DNA of 19,461 nucleotides from Gemmatimonadaceae bacterium (GTDB taxonomy: Bacteria; Gemmatimonadota; Gemmatimonadetes; Gemmatimonadales; Gemmatimonadaceae): assembly GCA_044224875.1 (NCBI GenBank), contig JBGAJQ010000046.1, positions 21,689 to 41,149 on the forward strand, written 5' to 3'. Position 1 is the stretch's first letter. Each line of letters begins with the position of its first letter. Shown here in pieces: positions 1-6,855 of the stretch. The notes under the pieces are model-generated. The model had not been told where the DNA came from and did no database searches. It was given only the letters and a program-made list of their open reading frames with translations. The translations under genes were made by a program, and so were the position numbers.

Positions 1-972
1 CCAATTCGTCCCGATCAGCTCCTCAGCGGACCAGCCCAGCACGTCGCAGGCTCGCCGGTTCACCAGCGTGATCCGGCCGGACGCATCCACAGCTACAACC
101 ATGGCATGGACAAGGTCCAGCAGTTGACCTGGCACGGACCACAGCACGCCATCGTCGAGCGGTGGGCTCCCGCCGTCCTCCCGACGAGTTCCTGCTCGAT
201 CGTGTCGGCGCGCGCGGATCGAGGCGATCTGTCGCTGGCTCTCCGGCATCCTGGTCAGATCGCGGACCAGTCCAAGGAGCGCGGGTTCGCCGTACCAATC
301 GAAGGGCAGGACGCGCACTTCACAGGTCCGCTTGGCCCCTCGTCGCGTCAACCCGACCTCAAAGGGAACGCCCAGGATCGCGTGGGGCTCGAGCATGGCG
401 CCGACCACTTCATCTCGTGATCGCCCAAGAAGTTCGATGGCGGCATCGTTCACGAAACGCACGAAGCCGTCAGTGCTCGTCACCACAATGGCGTCGGGAA
501 TCGCCGCGAACAGCCGGCTGAGCTGACGTTGCTGCTCTTCGGTTCGTGACGCCTTGACGACCTGCCAGACACTTCGCGAAAAGAGGCGGCCCTTCGAATC
601 GGCCTTGGAAATTGCCTCGTAGGCACCGGACCCCAGTGCGTGCTGCCGAAAGATCTCATCCACGCTCCCCGAGACCACGATGACCGGAGCGTCGCCGGCT
701 ATGTCACGGATCTGGGACAGCGTCGAGAGGCCAGATGAGTCGGGCAACTCGAGGTCGAGCAACACGGCGTCTACCGCGCATCCTTCCAACGTCGAGATCG
801 CCTCGGAAAGGCTCGTGACGTGGAGCAAGTCAAACGTGGAAGTCGGCTCGTCGGACAGCCGTTCGCGAGCCAACATTGCGTCGCCGGGGTTGTCTTCGAC
901 GAGCAGGATACGTGGCCGCTCTGGAAGCCCATCGCGGTGCGTAAGCCGGAGCGCGCGTGCGGGTTGCGTCAC
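1..972 (-). CDS. Response-regulator receiver + PAS + PAS signalling protein; runs off the window, output domain not visible
   Basis: Hand-translated stop-free minus frame, absent from the ORF track: RILLVEDNPGDA...VLLDLELPDSSG...VIVVSG...AISK (REC with phospho-Asp), then FAAIPDAIVVTSTDGFVRFVNDAAIELLG (PAS) and AMVVAVDASGRITLVNRRACDVLGWSAEELIGTNW (PAS). The GTG at 972 has AGGTGG upstream; the start is uncertain. Confidence 0.85.
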   Translation of the reverse strand, partial: MTQPARALRLTHRDGLPERPRILLVEDNPGDAMLARERLSDEPTSTFDLLHVTSLSEAISTLEGCAVDAVLLDLELPDSSGLSTLSQIRDIAGDAPVIVVSGSVDEIFRQHALGSGAYEAISKADSKGRLFSRSVWQVVKASRTEEQQRQLSRLFAAIPDAIVVTSTDGFVRFVNDAAIELLGRSRDEVVGAMLEPHAILGVPFEVGLTRRGAKRTCEVRVLPFDWYGEPALLGLVRDLTRMPESQRQIASIRARRHDRAGTRREDGGSPPLDDGVLWSVPGQLLDLVHAMVVAVDASGRITLVNRRACDVLGWSAEELIGTNW

Positions 973-1572
973 GACACCACCTGGTGTTGGAGCCCGCACG
1001 CCGCCACCGCCCGGTGGTCCGGTCGTCGACGATTTGAGGGGACTTGGGATTGACCCATGACGCGGTGTGTGAATGCTCTCATGAACGCGCCTCCCGGTTC
1101 GCTGGGAAAGTGGTGCATAGAGATTATCGACGCCGCCGGCCCTGACCCAAGCCAATATTACGCCTAACGGTGTCGGACGATTTCTGACAATCTCCGAATC
1201 ACGTTCAGGTACGGACGTGTTTATTCGACGACACGTGGCGTCGTGCGGCAATACGCCCGCCGGGATCCGCGGAATACTGGACGCGTCGCAGTGCCGGTGG
1301 CCCGGCCCGCGCCCTCGGCGGTGCGGTGACGAGGGGTTCGACGTCGACTCCGCTCGTTGGGCGCGGCACCAGCGCTGTCATCCGGTGCCAAGGTCAGCCA
1401 ACGCAATGGGGAGATCACAGCGACCTTCGTTGCGATTGCGGACTGACGTCGTCGACGCACGCAATCATGGTTAGGCACCACGCGACGCCCGCCGGCAGCC
1501 ACAACGAACCACGCGTTCGTCCCGCGCTGTTTCATTGCAGCTCCATCGCAACGTATCAACAGAGGAACCACC

Positions 1573-2181
1573 ATGAAACGAAACAATGCACTCGGTGCCG
1601 CACTCGTCTGCGCGCTGATCGGTTGCGAGAACACGCCGGCCGGCGCACCCGTCGCGCCTGGACCCGCCCCCGCGGCCAGTGTGGCGTTCACCAGCTTCCA
1701 GTTCACCAAAATACCGCCGCAACAGTCGTTCATTCCCGTCACCTCGCCCCGTCCAGCACTCGATATCCTCACCTTCCAGATGAACGCGACCCAGGCGACA
1801 GGCATCATCGTGAAAGACCTCGCCTTCATGATTTCCGGTAGCCTGCAAATCGGTGCACTCACCAGGTATCAACTCTTCTACTATCCCAAGGGACTGAACA
1901 AGCCGGGCGTCCTCGTCGGCACCAACAACGGATCGAACTGGTTCCCGCCGGGCGGAAGCCCCAGCAGCTTCATCCGCTTCACCCTCGCCAAGCCGTTCCC
2001 GATCGTGAAAGACCCGTTCATCGCCAAGTTCGTGCTTCGCGCCGACGTCGTTGGTCCCGGCACCTACTTCTTCTACGCGTCAGCTCAAACGATGCTGCTG
2101 AACGTGAACGGAGTGGACGAAGACGTCACGTGGGTCGGCGGTGACTTGCCGCTCCGCGGCGACCAATCCACCGTGAACTGA
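1573..2181 (+). CDS. Hypothetical lipoprotein, probably beta-rich
   Basis: AGAGGA RBS; MKRNN + hydrophobic stretch + lipobox LIGC; Pro/Ala linker followed by alternating beta-strand-like pattern; hairpin downstream. Confidence 0.8.
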   Translation: MKRNNALGAALVCALIGCENTPAGAPVAPGPAPAASVAFTSFQFTKIPPQQSFIPVTSPRPALDILTFQMNATQATGIIVKDLAFMISGSLQIGALTRYQLFYYPKGLNKPGVLVGTNNGSNWFPPGGSPSSFIRFTLAKPFPIVKDPFIAKFVLRADVVGPGTYFFYASAQTMLLNVNGVDEDVTWVGGDLPLRGDQSTVN

Positions 2182-2191
2182 GCCATGCATA

Positions 2192-2221
2192 ACGAGGGCG
2201 ACCGCATCCGGCCGCCCTCGT
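2192..2221. terminator. GC-rich hairpin between convergent genes
   Basis: ACGAGGGCG-A-CCG-CATC-CGG-C-CGCCCTCGT; 9-bp perfect outer stem, no strong U tract. Confidence 0.5.
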
Positions 2222-2274
2222 CGTCTCTCCCTGGTGGCGATCGGATAACCCACGCATCGCCGGCAACCACCCGG

Positions 2275-3815
2275 CTACCGCGCGCCAAAGACTTTCATTC
2301 CTCCTGCGGGAAACGGCGCCCGTGTGACCTTTGCTCCCCGGCGGATTCGGGTCTCCCGACCGCGCAAACGCCGACAAGTGCGTCATCATCTGCGCCGACA
2401 GTGCCTCCCGTTCCCCGCGGGTATGCGAGGCAAACGAGGCACTGTAGTAGCTGGGTCCGAAATTCCCGAACACGAACGGCAGATTCATGCCGTGCATGGC
2501 GCCAATCAGCGTGCGCCAGGGTTCATCCTGGCCCGCCCATTCGAACCGGCTTGCGTACATTTGACTGCTGCGACGCCAGCAACGCGCGCGTGCCTTCGAT
2601 GAGCCCCGTCACCACTTTGCTGCTCGGGGCAGAGGCTGCGGCAAAGTCCTCGGCGCTCGCGATCGCTGGCTGGAGAACTGCCGACAGCGCTAGGCTGCCA
2701 GGATGCTCAGGATCGTAGCCCAGCATCATGCGAAAGCGATCGGCATCGGAAATCCGATACGTCCCCTGCACGAAGAACTTGCCTTCCTCGGCAGCTTCAC
2801 CAATCCAGAGCGGTAGGGCTTGGTAACGCCCTTCGCGAACGGCCTGCTCCGGTTCCTTGGGAATGACGATCCCATCGGCGCTCTCGAAGCCCGAATTCGG
2901 CAGCGTGTGGGCCGCTTTCACCAACGCCTCGGCGGGACGTGACCTGAGGTAGTCGCGCGCCCATTCCGTCCCTCGTTCAGCGATGAGCCGAGATGCCGCA
3001 GCGGTGTTCGCGGCTGATCCATCGTTCAGCAGCAGGTGTTTGATGACATCGTTCGCGTATTCGTGCCTGGCCGACACCGGTGCCGTCCGAATGGCACCGC
3101 TCAGCGCCACCACCCGATGGAACAACCCCGTGGCGAGTGGCGACATCATCAGGCCGAACGCGTTCACCGCACCTGCGGACTGCCCCACCAGCGTGATGTT
3201 CTGTGGGTTGCCACCAAACGCGTGGGCGTTGTTGCGTACGAACTCCAGCGCCTTGATGATGTCGAGCAAGCCAAGGTTCCCTGCCCGCGGATCCAATCCA
3301 GGGTGCGCGAACCAGCCAAACACGCCCAGCCGATAATTCAGCGTGACAACGACGGCATTGGTCCCACGCGCCAGTCGCGCGCCGTGGTAGAGTGGATCAG
3401 CGGTGTACCCGCTCACGTTCGCGCCGCCATGGACGAACACAATCACCGGAAGGTCGACGGCGTCGGATGCGGGTCGCCAGATATTCAGCGTTAGGCAGTC
3501 TTCGGAGCCGACCGGCTGCCCGAAGGCCTCGGCCACACTCAACCCAAATGCTTGTTCGTGCAGGCCCGGCCCCTGGAACCCACCGATCTGGACGCAGGAC
3601 CGTCCAAAGCGATCAGCACGGCGAGTCTGGCTCCACGGCGCGGGGCTCTCCGGTGGCATCCAGCGACGGTCACCAGTCGGCGGTGCTGCGTATGGGATTC
3701 CGAGCCACGAGTCCGTTCCCAACGACGCGTCCCGCACCCCCTCCACCACACCAAACGAGGTGGTCCGCTGAAGAACCCCGAGCGCGAGGAGGAATGAGGC
3801 GACGGTTCCGTTCAT
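2275..3815 (-). pseudogene. Type-B carboxylesterase/lipase (COesterase family) split by two apparent frameshifts (~2558 and ~2331)
   Basis: 2523..3815 has LGIPYAAPP, SEDCLTLNIW, HGG oxyanion motif, LNYRLG and nucleophile GQSAG. The catalytic-His region (GAMHGMNLPFVFG...AFARSGDPN) lies in another frame (ORF 2126..2560). A plausible C-terminus (KVTRAPFPAGGMKVFGAR*) lies in the third frame with its stop at 2275-2277. Confidence 0.8.
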
Positions 3816-3824
3816 CTGCCGGCG

Positions 3825-4976
3825 CTACGGTCGAGCCGTTGACACCGTGAATGGCACGGTGCCCACACTCGGCCCCCACGCCAGCTCCAACGAACCACGA
3901 TTGCCACCTAGCGCCCGCAGCGTGATCGACAACTCCTCGACGAAGGTGGGCGCCGCCGTCAGGGGCATGGGCACACGCCCCAGGTCAAACGAGCCGTCGT
4001 ACTGCGTTCCCCACTGACCCACTTGCTTGTTGACGATCAAGAACGTGCCATCGTGCGTGTGCTGTACCCACAGCGTGTACATGCCCGGTGGGATGGTGAG
4101 CGACCCCATGGTCAGCGCGCGAGTGGTGAACAGGTGTGTGGCATCATTGGCCCCGGCGCGCCACACCGAATCAAATGGCACCAGTGTGCCACCCCACACG
4201 CTCCGCTCACGCACATGCGGCCGACCGTAGTCGATCAAGACCATGCCCCCCGGCCCAAACGACGCTCGAGCCAGGTCCCGCACGGACAACACGCCGGTCG
4301 GCTTCATGCCGCTGGCAATCGACGCGATATCGATGCCGCCCGGCCCGCGTGTGGCCACCGCCTTGTTCGTCGTAAACGACCCGTCAACGAGCAACAGGCG
4401 ATTGTTCGCGTCAAAGCGCAATCGCATGGCATACGGTGCGCCCATCAGTCGCAACGTGTCGCCACCGGCAGAGGCCAGACCTGCGAAGCCAAGGTTGCCC
4501 GTTGGCCCAAGGGCGGGCAGGGAATCGAGCACGCCTTTGGTCCCACGAGCCTGGGCCAGCAGTTCCATCGGCCCGTACACGAACACGGGAAAATTGATCA
4601 ACGCCCCGGTGGCCGGAAACGCCCGGTGCTGTACGCTATCCGGAAAGACGATGTCGCGAACCGCCGAATCGGGGTAGATGCGAATGCGGAATTCCGACGG
4701 AGCGTTAGGCACCGGCGTGCCGTCGCCCTGCATGCGATGCAAGGTGGCGGTGGTTGGTCGCCCGTCCTTGCCCACGCTGACGTCGTACTGGATTCGCACC
4801 ACGGCTGGTCCTGAGCGCTGAACCATTTCGCCGCGCATGGACGTCGCCGTACGCGTGGCGACGGTGTCCTTCCCGAGGCGATACACCAGGGATGCCGTCT
4901 GCGCGCCGAGAGTTGGTGCGGCGATCAGCGACAGCGCGAGCAGTCCGATTGACGAGCAGTGTGCAGCGATTCGCAT
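3825..4976 (-). CDS. Secreted DUF2911-domain protein
   Basis: C-terminal IDYGRPHVRERSVWG...VPFDSVWRAGANDAT...IPPGMYTLW...QWGTQYD matches DUF2911. Signal-peptide-like N-terminus from ATG 4976 (MRIAAH...APTLGAQ). Confidence 0.8.
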   Translation of the reverse strand: MRIAAHCSSIGLLALSLIAAPTLGAQTASLVYRLGKDTVATRTATSMRGEMVQRSGPAVVRIQYDVSVGKDGRPTTATLHRMQGDGTPVPNAPSEFRIRIYPDSAVRDIVFPDSVQHRAFPATGALINFPVFVYGPMELLAQARGTKGVLDSLPALGPTGNLGFAGLASAGGDTLRLMGAPYAMRLRFDANNRLLLVDGSFTTNKAVATRGPGGIDIASIASGMKPTGVLSVRDLARASFGPGGMVLIDYGRPHVRERSVWGGTLVPFDSVWRAGANDATHLFTTRALTMGSLTIPPGMYTLWVQHTHDGTFLIVNKQVGQWGTQYDGSFDLGRVPMPLTAAPTFVEELSITLRALGGNRGSLELAWGPSVGTVPFTVSTARP

Positions 4977-5037
4977 GACGGAGGGGCTGGGGTGATCGAG
5001 GACCGCCCCCAGCCCGTCGTGCAACCGCTGGGTTCGT

Positions 5038-5715
5038 TCACTCGGCTTTCAAAACGTAGCCGACGCCGCGCACGGTGTGAACGAGTGGTGGCTCTCCCGG
5101 GTGCTCCAGCTTCTTGCGCACGTAGTTGATGTAAACGTCGACGATGTTCGTCGTCGGATCGAACTCCTGCTTCCAGACATTCTGCGAGATCTGTTCGCGC
5201 GTGACGGGAAGTCCGGTGTGCTTCAAGAGGTACTCCAGCAGCGCGTACTCCTTCTGCGTCAGGCTGATCTGCCGGCTGCCGCGCTGCACGTCCCGGGTCA
5301 GCGGGTTCATCGTCAGGTCCCCCACGCGAAGCATCGACTCCTCGGTGCGCAGGGCAGCACGTCTCAGGAGCGCGCGTACACGGGCCAGCAGCTCGTCGTA
5401 ATCGAAAGGCTTGGCCAGGTAATCGTCGGCTCCGGCGTCCAGACCCGTGACCTTGTCCTGAACCGTGTCGCGCGCCGTCAACATGAGAATCGGATTGGTG
5501 AAGGCACGAGAGCGGAGCTCCCGCGCGACGACATATCCGTTCTTCTTTGGAAGTCCGATGTCGAGGATCAGCAGATCTGGACGCTGGTCCAGAGCGATCT
5601 CGAGCGCGACGTCACCGTCAGCAGCGGGGAGTACTTCGTATCCGTTTTCCGTGAGCGTGCGCTGCAGCACATCGAGGACTTCTCGCCGATCTTCGACGAC
5701 CAGAATGGTTGCCAT
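5038..5715 (-). CDS. OmpR/PhoB-family DNA-binding response regulator (CusR/MprA-like)
   Basis: ILVVED, LILDIGLP, LMLTARD, GADDYLAKPF; winged helix LTQKEYALL...VDVYINYVRKK...HTVRGVGY; GAGGAG RBS. Confidence 0.95.
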   Translation of the reverse strand: MATILVVEDRREVLDVLQRTLTENGYEVLPAADGDVALEIALDQRPDLLILDIGLPKKNGYVVARELRSRAFTNPILMLTARDTVQDKVTGLDAGADDYLAKPFDYDELLARVRALLRRAALRTEESMLRVGDLTMNPLTRDVQRGSRQISLTQKEYALLEYLLKHTGLPVTREQISQNVWKQEFDPTTNIVDVYINYVRKKLEHPGEPPLVHTVRGVGYVLKAE

Positions 5716-5892
5716 CTGCTCGCTCCTCTGGCGAGGGAGTTACATGAAACAAAATTGCGTGCCGGCCTCGTCTCGGATAGTGGGAAAGCGCCGAATTCTT
5801 GCGTCGTCGTCGGCAGCGGGAACTCCGATCGCATTGGTGATGAGCTGTGCGCTGCTGCCAGTGAATTGTGAGTGAATCGGTACAAATGTTGC

Positions 5893-6082
5893 TCCTCGCC
5901 GGGCAAAGTGTCCGGGTAGTGCCAGTGCTCCGGCGTCTGTGGTTTAAGGTGAGGAACTTCCAACACGAGTTTGTGTCGGAGTCTCCACAGGTGGGGTCTA
6001 GTCCAGAGAGTAAGCCCCAGCCAGATTCGATACGCCTTGTTCACTAGGGAGCTGGTGCGTCGAGTCGGCAATAATCTCTGGA
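5893..6082 (+). ncRNA. Candidate structured RNA or 5' leader of unrecognised family
   Basis: Several complementary segments, including two crossing (pseudoknot) pairings; G-U pairs favour the + strand; ends next to the RBS of ORF 6096. I could not match it to a riboswitch consensus I know. Confidence 0.45.
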
Positions 6083-6095
6083 GAAAGGGAAGAGG

Positions 6096-6635
6096 ATGGA
6101 CGTGCTTGTCATGCTCGAGGAGTCGCCCGACCACTCCGCGATAATGGCTCACGTGAACTCGGTCCCATCTCCGCTCAACTCTGAACGGCCAGCTCGCGAC
6201 GTGGTCACGCTCTACGGTGACGCCACGCCCGAGTCGCTCGCGTTGGCGTTGGCGGCGGCGGTAGAGTCCAGGCGAGAACCAGCGGAACGATCGGACACGA
6301 TTCGCCACCACGGGCAATGGCCGGAGCGCGGTGCGATTGGAGATGCGGCGTGGCGCGATGACGAAACGGGAGAACTCGTCACGCGCGACCTCACCATCCC
6401 GATCGACGCGATTCGGGAAACGGCGAATCACCTGCTGGACGAATGCGGAGCGTCAATTCGCCGACTGGTTGCGGGGCTGTCGATGCCCGACTGGCCGGAA
6501 GGCGCGCGCCGCGCCATCAGTTTCACCCTCACCCCGTACGCCATCCTTCCAGCCGGAGCCGGCGCCCGGTTCGATGCGCTGCTCGAAAGCTACCGGCAGG
6601 CGGACGGATACACGTTCGACAACGAAGGAGACTAA
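6096..6635 (+). CDS. Acidic hypothetical protein with possible HicB-like N-terminal domain
   Basis: Purine-rich RBS (GGGAAGAGG), in-frame stop just upstream, clear terminator downstream. VLVMLEES...IMAHV..VP...TLYGDATPESLALALAAAVE resembles the HicB N-terminal pattern (by eye). Confidence 0.7.
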   Translation: MDVLVMLEESPDHSAIMAHVNSVPSPLNSERPARDVVTLYGDATPESLALALAAAVESRREPAERSDTIRHHGQWPERGAIGDAAWRDDETGELVTRDLTIPIDAIRETANHLLDECGASIRRLVAGLSMPDWPEGARRAISFTLTPYAILPAGAGARFDALLESYRQADGYTFDNEGD

Positions 6636-6665
6636 GACAAAGCCATCTTTTGTCTGCGTAACACC

Positions 6666-6697
6666 AAACGGGGTCGCCATCGGCGGCCCCGTTTTTC
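6666..6697 (+). terminator. Rho-independent terminator
   Basis: AAACGGGGTCGCC-ATC-GGCGGCCCCGTTTTT, 30 nt after the stop of 6096..6635. Confidence 0.8.
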
Positions 6698-6784
6698 GTT
6701 ATCCACCACTGCCGCGCAGCTTTTCGAGAGTCGGGGACTCTGATCGGTATCCCCTTTTCCTCGGCGGCCTCGTCCAAACTCCTC

Positions 6785-6813
6785 TTGACGGCCATGTCAC
6801 AGAGCGACACGCT
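6785..6813 (+). promoter_or_regulatory. Putative sigma70-type promoter of the EF-G paralogue
   Basis: TTGACG-N17-CACGCT, about 40 nt upstream of ATG 6856. Confidence 0.4.
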
Positions 6814-6855
6814 CTACCGACCAAACCACGTTCCAACGAAGCGAGGCACGCATCC

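Noticed and set aside
1217..1872. Overlapping ORFs 1217..1474, 1221..1862, 1326..1841 and 1471..1872
   Set aside because: No motifs; GC-rich shadow frames. Only 1573..2181 has an RBS and lipobox.
5749..5765. Sigma54-like CGGCACGCAATTTTGT upstream of the OmpR regulator (minus strand)
   Set aside because: No GC at the obligatory GG-N10-GC spacing.
5888..6010. Resemblance to HDV ribozyme L3 (TCCTCGC), group I intron (TAGTCC), M-box (AGGTGAGG) and ykkC fragments
   Set aside because: Only short words match; the required partner strands and conserved cores are missing.
5568..6431. 287-aa minus-strand ORF across the intergenic region
   Set aside because: Antisense to the better-supported ORF 6096, overlaps the regulator out of frame, and has Arg-rich shadow-like composition.
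6331..6855. 175-aa N-terminal extension of EF-G in the ORF track
   Set aside because: Overlaps ORF 6096..6635 and crosses a terminator; EF-G similarity starts at Met 6856.
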